This document shows positions 49,754 through 59,145 of a DNA stretch of 64,000 nucleotides, one piece after another (the stretch's first letter is position 1; the number at the start of each line of letters is the position of its first letter). Source of the DNA: an uncultured Spirochaetota bacterium (lineage in GTDB: Bacteria > Spirochaetota > Brevinematia > Brevinematales > JAOACQ01); NCBI GenBank assembly GCA_963783575.1, contig CAWAOD010000014.1, positions 464,002 through 528,001 on the forward strand. The letters are read 5' to 3'. A model generated the notes under the pieces. That model was given only the letters and a program-made list of their open reading frames with translations. It did no database searches and was not told the DNA's origin. The position numbers and the translations under genes are program-made.

Positions 49754-49913
49754 TTTTGAACATCCTGTTGTTTATTAAAAGAATAAATTATAATAATTAT
49801 TGCAGGAATAATCAAGCGTTAAGCTTTATACAATCATTAATTCTTGATTGTCTTTAGGGAATGTTGTAAAATAAACTCTCTTATAAAGAGCCAGTAGGTA
49901 AAGAAACGTACTA

Positions 49914-50228
49914 TCCCCCCAGCAAGCTGCCGGGTATTATAAATGCAGAATAGCAGGAAGCCACCCTTCGACCTGTCTGCCACCAGGCAGGCAAGCTCAG
50001 GGTGACGGTCTATTCGTCATTCTGAGCCTATCGAGTAATTAAAGCCGGGATAAACTCCGTAAACTGCGAGGAATAATTCCCTGGTCAAGCAGCCTGCCCT
50101 GAGCATGCAGACTGTGTGAAAACTCGGCTTTTTGAAGCGTAATTCTATATTTTCCGTTTTGTAACTTCTATAAATACATAATGAAAAATTGTTTTCACAC
50201 AGTCTGATGATGAAGGGGCACGCTTGTT
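49914..50228. repeat. Composite REP-like mosaic hosting the MITE
   Basis: Shares a block of about 100 bp with 62353-62452; contains CCCTTCGA/GCTCAGGG units and an interrupted TCAAGC-N5-GCTTGTT site. Confidence 0.8.
50108..50206. mobile_element. 99-bp MITE related to the IS1182 element
   Basis: Perfect 16-bp terminal IRs CAGACTGTGTGAAAAC matching the IS right end; 3-bp target duplication ATG on both sides. Confidence 0.9.
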
Positions 50229-50242
50229 GAATAGAGGCAAAT

Positions 50243-50800
50243 GTGGATTTAATACCAATCATTCATAGAAACAAATATATCTGTGAAGCTATTGAATTAA
50301 CAAAAAAATACAAAAGACAGTCTTTATATGTCTCCTCAGGAGCTATAGCGCAAACGGTATGGAATGCAATTTTTAATAATCAGCCGGAATACGGAATCGA
50401 TGATATCGATATTGTTTATTTCAACAATACGGATCTAACGGAAAATAATGAAATTGAAACTTATAAAGAAATCAGGAAATATTTATCCGATGTACCAATT
50501 AAGGTTGATGTGAAGAATCAAGCAAGAGTGCACTGTTGGTATGAAGAAAAATTCGGATATGCTATCAGCCCTGTATTATCGATTGAAGATTCCATAGGAC
50601 GATTTCCGACAACTTCTACAGCAATAGGTATTCATTACGAAACTAAGAATGAGTATAATATAATAATTCCTTTTGGAACCGATGATTTATTTTCCGGAAT
50701 TATCAGAGCCAATAAGAAGCAAATAACAAAGGAAATATATGAAGAAAAAGCTCAAAAATGGAAGAAGAAATGGCCGGGACTAAGAATCATCGACTGGTAA
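50243..50800 (+). CDS. Nucleotidyltransferase-family protein (DUF925-like)
   Basis: GAIAQTVWN, GIDDIDIVYF, DVKNQARVH.WY, KWP. Confidence 0.85.
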   Translation: MDLIPIIHRNKYICEAIELTKKYKRQSLYVSSGAIAQTVWNAIFNNQPEYGIDDIDIVYFNNTDLTENNEIETYKEIRKYLSDVPIKVDVKNQARVHCWYEEKFGYAISPVLSIEDSIGRFPTTSTAIGIHYETKNEYNIIIPFGTDDLFSGIIRANKKQITKEIYEEKAQKWKKKWPGLRIIDW

Positions 50801-50812
50801 AAATTCAGTAAA

Positions 50813-51526
50813 ATGAAGTTTTCTAATAATCGCTTAACCTGTCAAATTATAATTAAAGGAAAAATTATGTGCAAAGAAATTTTATTTATTTCAGCAGTTT
50901 TACTCTTTCATATTAATGCATTTTCAATTGAGATTATCGATCACATTACCACAAATACCGTCAAGCTGGAACTGATAAAAGAATACTGCAGGGAACATTA
51001 TGGAATCGACAGCTATGAATTGAAAGCGCCAAAAATGATTGTGATACACTATACAGAAATTCCTGATTTGAATGAGTCCATCAAGTATTTTTCACGAGAC
51101 ATGATATCGGCTGATGAACCTTATGATTATAGGCATGGCAGGGTAAATGTCGGGATACATTTCATGATTGACTTAAACGGCGATATTCATTCTTTTTATC
51201 CTGCCGGTATCATTGCAAGGCATACGATAGGGTACAATTATACTTCCATCGGCATTGAAAATATCGCTTTAAACGAATCCTCACTCACTGAAAAACAGCT
51301 CGAATCAAACGCGGAATTAATTCAATACCTCGCTAAAAAATACCCGACCATTGAGTATCTTATAGGCCATCTTGAATATAACAGGAAGGATCTTCCGCAT
51401 TACAAGCTTTTTCGAGAACTTGACAGGTCATATTACCCGCCGTTAAAACAAGATCCGGGCGCGGATTTTATGAAGAAACTCCGTAAGTATTTATCGAAAC
51501 ATTATGGACTGTCTTTTAAAGAATAG
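50813..51526 (+). CDS. N-acetylmuramoyl-L-alanine amidase (Amidase_2)
   Basis: IVIHYT, HFMID, ARHT.G.N..SIGIEN, GHLE, DPG; true start may be the later Met (MCKEIL). Confidence 0.88.
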   Translation: MKFSNNRLTCQIIIKGKIMCKEILFISAVLLFHINAFSIEIIDHITTNTVKLELIKEYCREHYGIDSYELKAPKMIVIHYTEIPDLNESIKYFSRDMISADEPYDYRHGRVNVGIHFMIDLNGDIHSFYPAGIIARHTIGYNYTSIGIENIALNESSLTEKQLESNAELIQYLAKKYPTIEYLIGHLEYNRKDLPHYKLFRELDRSYYPPLKQDPGADFMKKLRKYLSKHYGLSFKE

Positions 51527-51735
51527 AGCAAGAATAACTGCGAGAATTTAGCCGCTAATATCACTAATTAACACGAATTGGTATCAATTAGTGCAACTTG
51601 TGGTGAGCTTACCGAAGCCATTCGTGGCATATGTTAATACTGAAAAGCAGGGTCAAGCGGGATGGAAAAAATATTTTAGAAATTTCCTTTTTTAATAAAA
51701 AACCAGGTATAATTTATTATGAAGGGAAATTACTT

Positions 51736-52182
51736 ATGCTTCTAAAAAACCAAAACTTTTTTGACTACCTTATAATTCAGTTCGGTATGGCTATGCAGAA
51801 TGAAGACACCCCGCAGGTATTGAATGTTTTTTTCCTATCAGTTTTAAATGAAATGATTAAAGTAAAAGCATTGAGCAGTATTAGAAAGGAAGACATCATA
51901 ATGGATAAAGATAATAAACTGTTTATTCTAACTCAACTGACCGATTTATCCCAATCAAAATTGATTGTAAACAGGCTGAAAAAAGGGTTCCCGGAAATTA
52001 AATCAAGCCTCATAATCCCAATGAACATTAAGCTCAAAAAAAATGATATAGTTTCAAACCTTAATGATCTATTAAATCTTGACACAACCGATTATGAAAT
52101 TGAGATTTTTGACTGGAAACATAAAAAGAGAAATAATTGGATTAAACCGGGAATTCCCATAAATAAAGCCAGCAATTCCTGA
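51736..52182 (+). CDS. Hypothetical protein, possibly a degenerate GGDEF fold
   Basis: Start chosen after GAAGGG; IRKEDIIMDKDNKLFILTQLTDLSQSKLIVNRL. Confidence 0.55.
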   Translation: MLLKNQNFFDYLIIQFGMAMQNEDTPQVLNVFFLSVLNEMIKVKALSSIRKEDIIMDKDNKLFILTQLTDLSQSKLIVNRLKKGFPEIKSSLIIPMNIKLKKNDIVSNLNDLLNLDTTDYEIEIFDWKHKKRNNWIKPGIPINKASNS

Positions 52183-52261
52183 TCAAACATACCCGCATTT
52201 GAGATATACCATTGGCAATTTCAGACGATATGATAAACTATATTCTAAAAGGAGATTTCCA

Positions 52262-54253
52262 TTGAAATGGAGATATCTGTTATTTTATTTGACTTTATTC
52301 CTGCCAGTTTTTATTTTTCATTCCTGCACTAAAAGCGTCGTCCCGAAGAAAGAGGAAATAGCCCCATCCGTTAACACAAATATGTATATTGAGGAATTGT
52401 CTGGTGAAACTAATAAAGAGAAGAAACTAAGCATTTTGATCCTTCCTTTGGATAACAAAACCGACAAAATAAATTTTCCGAATTCGGAGCTCGTCAAAAC
52501 AATTATTTTCCGTTCCCTTTATTCATTTATAGGCTTTATTCCCTCGCTGGATATACCTGATGAAGCTGTTCTGAGGGAGATTAGGTTTGATCCGGATAAC
52601 CCTTCGTTGATTGCCAGAAAATACAATGCCGATTTTATTATTTATGGTAGCTATAATCTAGTAAAAAAGGATAATGAACCTCAAGCGAGTGTCCATTTAA
52701 GGATTTGGAGCAGGATTTCCGGAAAAATGAATGAAAAAATCTTTAACACTCCGACTGATGTTTCCATATTTGACTCTATTGACAATATGATCGCTGATAG
52801 TGTTAAGATTATATTAAATGAAGAAATGAAAACAGCTTCCATCCATTTCGGCGATTTTAAGGTGAGAAAAGAACCTTATCTATTAATGATTAACAATAAA
52901 GTCCTTTCGGTTATTTCCAATGATTCTTTTACCCTCAGTCTGAAAATATTATCCGAAATGAATTACCAGGTTATTTTAAAAAAGCAAGATGATAATACCA
53001 CGGCTCTGAATATTATGGTAAATTTAAAGCCCGGGGAGAACACCAATATATCCTTTGCTTCCCTTAAGCCTTATAATGGGGAAAAAACGGATTTAATAGT
53101 TTGGATCTCGTCTGACCTGGATAATACTTATAAACCATTGATTTATGAATTTCAAAAAATTTATCCCAATATTAATGTGAATGTTACGGCAAGAGAAAAA
53201 AACAAACTCCATACCCTTCTTCAGGAGATTCAGGATAAAGGAGGAGATTTTCCCGATGTGGCTTACATTGAAGATACTCCCTACTCAAAATTGACCGGCG
53301 GGGGGTATTTTGAAAACCTGCTGGAATACCCATATAATGCCGGAGATTATAAAAAGGATATAGCGCCGTATGCATGGTATAAAGCCTCGTTTAATCCGGA
53401 AATTTTATACGGCCTGCCGATATATGCGAATCCTGCATACGTTTATTATAAGCCGGATGTCTTTGAAAAACTGGGATTAAGGATTGAACAATTGAAGACA
53501 ATTGATGATCTTTATGAGGAAGGTAAAAAAACTGCCAAAAGCGGGTATTATCTTTTTTCCCATGTCCGTCAGATTTTTAATATGATTATTCTATCATCGG
53601 AACAAAGGTACTTTAATACGAATGGGAAACCGGATTTGAAAACATCCAGAATTAAAGCGGCTTTTGAGTGGTCGAAAAAATTCAGGGATGCCGGTTTGGA
53701 CGCTAATGTTGAGGATTGGTCAACGGAATGGATAAAAATGATTCAAGATGGCAGGATAGTTTATTGTATCCAGGGATCATGGTTTTTAGGGTTGCTGCAA
53801 TATTGGTTAGCGCCGAAGGAATTGGGAAAATACAGGATAGAAGAGCCCCCATCCTTAAAAAAAGGTGAAAAGCAAATGTTTTTCAACTTGGGGGGAACAT
53901 ACATGGTAATTCCAAAAAAAAGCAGCAATAAACCTGCATCTTGGGAATTTATCAAATTTATGATCTTTAGGGACAGCAGTAACTCTATAGGAATTTCATC
54001 ATATATGCCTTCCTGGACGAACATTTCATTGAAAAGCTTAGAGAACTATCTTGGAAACCAGAATTTAAAAGAAATTTGGTTTACAAACGCCCTTAAAATA
54101 TACCCGATTTATTCAACCCCTTATGATTCAATAGCCTATTCTATTTTAAACAAGGCCCTGGACAATGTGCTCGCCGGAAAAAAGGATGTCAATAAAGCAA
54201 TGGATGACTCTCAGAAAGAGCTTGAAGCGGCGATAAAATCCGGTAAAAAATAG
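52262..54253 (+). CDS. Putative lipoprotein: CsgG/TolB-N-like domain fused to a sugar-type extracellular solute-binding domain
   Basis: TTG start after AGGAG; FIFHSC lipobox-like; C-terminal half with PDVA, YGLP, YYKPDVF, GGT...AxWEFIKF. Confidence 0.75.
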   Translation: MKWRYLLFYLTLFLPVFIFHSCTKSVVPKKEEIAPSVNTNMYIEELSGETNKEKKLSILILPLDNKTDKINFPNSELVKTIIFRSLYSFIGFIPSLDIPDEAVLREIRFDPDNPSLIARKYNADFIIYGSYNLVKKDNEPQASVHLRIWSRISGKMNEKIFNTPTDVSIFDSIDNMIADSVKIILNEEMKTASIHFGDFKVRKEPYLLMINNKVLSVISNDSFTLSLKILSEMNYQVILKKQDDNTTALNIMVNLKPGENTNISFASLKPYNGEKTDLIVWISSDLDNTYKPLIYEFQKIYPNINVNVTAREKNKLHTLLQEIQDKGGDFPDVAYIEDTPYSKLTGGGYFENLLEYPYNAGDYKKDIAPYAWYKASFNPEILYGLPIYANPAYVYYKPDVFEKLGLRIEQLKTIDDLYEEGKKTAKSGYYLFSHVRQIFNMIILSSEQRYFNTNGKPDLKTSRIKAAFEWSKKFRDAGLDANVEDWSTEWIKMIQDGRIVYCIQGSWFLGLLQYWLAPKELGKYRIEEPPSLKKGEKQMFFNLGGTYMVIPKKSSNKPASWEFIKFMIFRDSSNSIGISSYMPSWTNISLKSLENYLGNQNLKEIWFTNALKIYPIYSTPYDSIAYSILNKALDNVLAGKKDVNKAMDDSQKELEAAIKSGKK

Positions 54254-54358
54254 AAAGCTAATACAACTTTATTTTTTATTTTCTGTATTTTTATCTAAAA
54301 TTATAATAAACTATCCTTCTGTAAAATATCTTGCATTGAATTTAAAAAGGGGCTTTTA

Positions 54359-55303
54359 TTGAAAGTTTCAATAATTATCCCGGTATATAAAGGAGCCGGT
54401 TTTCTTTCGGTATTATTATCAAAATTAAGTGAGCAAAATTATAAGGATTACGAGCTAATTGTTATAGATTCCAGTTCCCCAGATGATTCAGCTTTAATTG
54501 CTGCCTCATTTAATGCCAGAGTAATAACGATAAAAAAACAAGATTTCGACCATGGTGGGACAAGGAGTTTGGGCGGCAAAGAATCGCAAGGCGATGTAAT
54601 AATTTATTTGACCCAGGATGTTATTCCATTTGATAATAACAGTATAGGAAATATTCTGAAACCTTTTAATGCAGAATTAAAGGACACAACACCAACCGGC
54701 GCAGTTTATGGAAGACAGATAGCACATTTGAATGCGACTCCTTTTGCCGCCCATTCAAGGCATTTTATTTATCCGGAAAATTCCTATACAAGGGTTCTGG
54801 CGGATAAAGATAGATTTATGATTAAAACCGCTTTTTTATCAAACTCATTTTCAGCATACAGCCGCAAAGCAATGAATGAAATAGGCTGGTTCAAATCAAA
54901 TTTAATTACAACCGAAGATACATATGCAGGCGCAAAAATGCTTGCTGCCGGGTATAAAATCATATATGCCGCCGACGCGGTTGTTTATCACTCTCACAAT
55001 TATTCCATTAAAGATGAATTTCAGCGTTATTTTGACATCGGTTCATTCCACAGGAACGAGGATTGGATATTCAGGGATTTCGGCAATGCGGATGATGAAG
55101 GATTCAGGTTTGTACTTTCTGAGTTTAAATTTCTTATTAAAATAAAAAAATATCTGTATTTACCAGAATTTTTTATTCGAAATTTGTTAAAATTCATAGG
55201 CCACCGGCTGGGATATCATTATAAAATCCTTCCAAAATGGCTGATTCTGAGGCTCGGTAAACAAAAAAACTGGTGGTCAAAAAATTTGAAAAAGTTGACT
55301 TAA
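54359..55303 (+). CDS. GT2 glycosyltransferase (rhamnosyltransferase-like)
   Basis: VSIIIP, IDSSSPD, FDHGGTR, LTQD, HSHNY. Confidence 0.88.
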   Translation: MKVSIIIPVYKGAGFLSVLLSKLSEQNYKDYELIVIDSSSPDDSALIAASFNARVITIKKQDFDHGGTRSLGGKESQGDVIIYLTQDVIPFDNNSIGNILKPFNAELKDTTPTGAVYGRQIAHLNATPFAAHSRHFIYPENSYTRVLADKDRFMIKTAFLSNSFSAYSRKAMNEIGWFKSNLITTEDTYAGAKMLAAGYKIIYAADAVVYHSHNYSIKDEFQRYFDIGSFHRNEDWIFRDFGNADDEGFRFVLSEFKFLIKIKKYLYLPEFFIRNLLKFIGHRLGYHYKILPKWLILRLGKQKNWWSKNLKKLT

Positions 55304-55359
55304 TTCTGGAAATGGATTATTTTTAATTGTTGGTAAAATTGAAAAAAAGTGGATAATTC

Positions 55360-56046
55360 ATGCCGGTTTTTCAACTGAACAAAGAAATCGTTTTTCCTCC
55401 GGTAAGGTTAACAGAAGAAAGCGGTATTCTGGCTATCGGCGGTGACTTATCGCCTGAGAGGCTGATTTTAGCATATCAATCGGGGATATTTCCATGGTTT
55501 AACAAGGGAGACCCGATAATATGGTGGTCGCCGGATCCCAGATTCGTATTGTATCCGAGCGAAATCATCATTTCAAAAAGCATGAAAAAAGTAATTAACC
55601 AGAAACGTTTTTTAATTACATTTGACAGGAATTTCCGGGATGTTATAACTGCATGCAGCAAGCCCAGAAAAAAGCAGAGGGGAACCTGGATCACAGACGA
55701 AATGCTTGAAGCTTACTGCAGGCTCCATTCAATGGGTTTTGCTCATTCCGTTGAAGCCTGGTATGAAGATCATCTTGCGGGAGGACTTTATGGTGTTTCG
55801 CTTGGAAGATGTTTTTTCGGAGAATCAATGTTTTCGGAAATAAGTAACGCATCAAAGGCCTCATTGATTTCGCTGAACAGCATATTATTGGAACTGAAAT
55901 TTTTGGTAATTGATTCACAGGTTTATACGGATCATCTTGCAAGTATGGGAGCAAGGGAAATCCCCAGGGAAGAGTATATGGTTTTACTTAAAAAAGGCCT
56001 GCGATATCCAACAATAAGGGGTAATTGGGGGAAAATATTTTCCTGA
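55360..56046 (+). CDS. aat: Leucyl/phenylalanyl-tRNA--protein transferase
   Basis: GGDL, AY.SGIFPW, WWSPDPR, AHSVE, GGLYG, GESMFS, ASK. Confidence 0.96.
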   Translation: MPVFQLNKEIVFPPVRLTEESGILAIGGDLSPERLILAYQSGIFPWFNKGDPIIWWSPDPRFVLYPSEIIISKSMKKVINQKRFLITFDRNFRDVITACSKPRKKQRGTWITDEMLEAYCRLHSMGFAHSVEAWYEDHLAGGLYGVSLGRCFFGESMFSEISNASKASLISLNSILLELKFLVIDSQVYTDHLASMGAREIPREEYMVLLKKGLRYPTIRGNWGKIFS

Positions 56047-56176
56047 AAATAATTATACTTCATTATGCATATAATAATTAAATTTTCGACTTAATTTCCT
56101 ATAATGGATTTTTATTTTAGTTGGGTGTATAATATAAGTTATAAAATTTACTTGTAGTAGAATAAAGAGGTTATAA

Positions 56177-58214
56177 ATGAAAGTCGGGAATATTTCCACA
56201 ATTATAGATTATTCAATACTATATTTTCATAAGTTTAATAATTTCATCATAAAAAATAATTTTAAAACCGATTTCGGTTTCACTATGAGCCAGAAAAATC
56301 ATGCTTTTGTCGTCCAAAAGCATGATGTTTTTGAATACAGGCAGATAATAAAACAGTTCACCCCGGTATCGAATGTACTTTCGTTTGAAGAAAAAAAATT
56401 TATATTACTGCTACTCGGAGCCAGTCTTTACGGACAAAACGGCATTAACATCTGGCAGGCCACATGCTTTTTTCATCGTCTGCCCTATCTGGCTATGAAG
56501 TCCCTCGGGCGGATACTCGATCCGAACGGAGGGTTTTTGAAAAGCGGAATGGTGATGTTCCAGGAAACGGATTTTCTTGGAACCGCTCTTTCCATTGAAG
56601 ATATCGCAAATTTTTACAATAATCGCAAGGTATTTTTGTCGCCTTTTGCGCTTAATTCCCTTTTCAGCAATTTTACGGGAAAAAGCTTATATGGAATCAC
56701 AAGTTATACACTTTCTAACAAATATAAAAATGTTGATTCTCTTCTTAATGATATAACAAGCATCATGAAATATATTTTCTTTTTATCCAATTTTTACAAG
56801 GTAAACTATGCTTATTCATCATTAAAAGAGGATATTTACAATAAGGGAGATTTTGCAAAAACCCTACGCTGGTTTAAAAAAAATATAATACATTCCGGCT
56901 TAAAAATCCCAATGATCGAGTTTCTAAAGAACAATAATTTTTCTAATGTGGAATTCATAATACTTCTGTACTTTATCTTTAAAGTTGTCATAGCGAAGGA
57001 GTTTATAATAAACAACATTGAGGAAGTTCTTTCCAGCCTGGCTTTTATACCATCACAGATAAAAAAGATACTTGTATGTTTTTCTAAAGAGAGCATTTTC
57101 GTAAAAGAAGAATTCATTGGACAGGCTGATTATTACCCGGGCTATCCGTTTGACGATATCGAGGACGATGACATTGAATCCAGGCAGAATGCCGAGGATG
57201 ATAACGAATTTATGGGAATACCCTCGGATTATAATTCCATTTCAATATCAAAAGACAAGATATATTACCTCATATTTTCGGAAACAAAAAATAAAAGTAA
57301 TAAATTATTAAATCAGATTGAAAATACCGAAAAAATTCCCGACAACGAGGCGCAAATTTCGGAAAATCAAAAAAATCGAGGTTTATTTGAGATCATTGTA
57401 CCGAAAGTTACTATAAAGAATGTCATTCTGGATGATGATGTAAAACGCGAACTAATAGGAGCCGTTGATCTTACCAAAGCTATCGACACGATGAAAAAGT
57501 GGGGAATAAAGCCTAATCTTGCTTCAAGCTCTTTCGGCTCCATAAAGATCCTGCTTTACGGCGCGTCAGGCACAGGCAAGACTATAACGGCGCAGGCTCT
57601 TGCTGGTGAAGCGGGAGCGGACCTGTTCAAGGTAGACGCGAGCAATCTTGTCAGCTCCTGGGTAGGCGAAAGCACCAAGAATGTAAAGAGGGTTTTTAAG
57701 GAATTTTATAAGTATTCCAGGGCTTCTAAAAAAAGAATTTTCCTTTTCATGAATCGAGGCCGATCAGCTTTTAAGCGCCAGAGGCGCCGTTATGCAGGCC
57801 GCCGATAAGGAATATAACCAGATGCAGAACCTCCTACTCGAAGAACTGGAGAATTTTGACGGAGTTTTCATCGCGACAACAAACCTGGTTGATCTTTTCG
57901 ACTCCGCATGGAATAGAAGATTCAATATCAAAATAAGGTTCGATGTCCCAAAATACGAAACCCGGTTAAAATTATGGAGTGTCCATATATCCGACAGAAT
58001 GCCGCTGGATAAGGATGTGGATTTCCGGAAACTTGCGGAATATGAGCTTGCCGGCGGCTCGATTGCAAACGCGGTCTATAATGCAGCAAGGAAAGCCGCA
58101 CTTAAAGACGGTGAATTAAAAACCGTTTCTCAGCAGGATTTTATAGAAGCAATCATGAATGAGCTTAAATCCCATATCGGTTCAAAGGGAACAAGGGTGG
58201 GCTTCAATCAATGA
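56177..58214 (+). CDS. AAA+ ATPase with long N-terminal region; frameshift in Walker B (about 57754)
   Basis: GASGTGKT, SSWVGES; deleting 1 nt gives IFLFMNEADQLLSAR joined to QNLLLEELE, ATTN, D.AW.RRF. Confidence 0.82.
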
Positions 58215-59056
58215 AAATCGCCGTAGCCGGCGGCATAGGTATCGAAAACTCGTTGATAAATAATCTTAAAGGGCATAAAGTTTATCTGGTAGGATGTTTA
58301 TTTAATATTCAGAAAGAAAAATTTGTCCCGCCCCAGGATGTGGAATTCACCGCTGAGTATATCACGCATAATTACCGCACAATCTTTTCTGATTTTGACC
58401 TTTTTATTGATATTACAGATAATCTGAAATCCAAGTTCCTAATAAATGATTTCGCGGTTAAATATCAAAAGAATTCAATTATTTTATTTTATGATGCTTC
58501 CTGGAAAGTTTTTATCGGATCACCTCAAAACGCCTGTCTGCATTGTATTCTGTCCTATAAAAAACCTGATCCGCCATTTCTTTTACCTCAAATTCCGGAA
58601 GAAAAATTTTACAGCATAGTAAAAAGATATCTGGAACTCCCAAAAAAAGAGAGTTTTCTCTTTGATCTGGAAAAAGATTCAGAAAAAATCGTCTTAAAAA
58701 CCGATAATTGCCCGGTTTGCGGACAAAATGGCGGTCATTACTATTTTATAAACGGGGAAACAGCTGACATTGTATCCGTTTCCTGCGGTGACAATTCGGT
58801 TTCTATTACACCGATGAATGAGGTTACCATAGATTTGAAGCAATACAGGGAATATTTTATCAGTCAGAATAAAAAAAATGACCAGTGTCTTTTCCAGCCC
58901 AATGAGATCAAGATCATAAAAGAAAACCCTTTCTTTCTCGAATTTCGGATTGCTCATATTAACGCGGTTTTATTCCGGCAGGGACGGCTTGTCGTCAAGG
59001 GAACAAAAGATAAAAGCACAGCCCAGTTTATTTACCGAAGATATATAGGCGGATAG
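58211..59056 (+). CDS. Degenerate ThiF/MoeB-like protein
   Basis: TDN...LIND, ACLHC, CPVC and C-terminal CG.NSV...F..GR..VKGT extension; N-terminal adenylation motifs missing. Confidence 0.65.
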   Translation: MKIAVAGGIGIENSLINNLKGHKVYLVGCLFNIQKEKFVPPQDVEFTAEYITHNYRTIFSDFDLFIDITDNLKSKFLINDFAVKYQKNSIILFYDASWKVFIGSPQNACLHCILSYKKPDPPFLLPQIPEEKFYSIVKRYLELPKKESFLFDLEKDSEKIVLKTDNCPVCGQNGGHYYFINGETADIVSVSCGDNSVSITPMNEVTIDLKQYREYFISQNKKNDQCLFQPNEIKIIKENPFFLEFRIAHINAVLFRQGRLVVKGTKDKSTAQFIYRRYIGG

Positions 59057-59145
59057 CAAATCTTGATTATCATAAAACCTTATTTGCATAAATGTCGGTA
59101 ATTTGATAAAATAATAAACCTAAAATTATTCACCAGGAGAATTAT

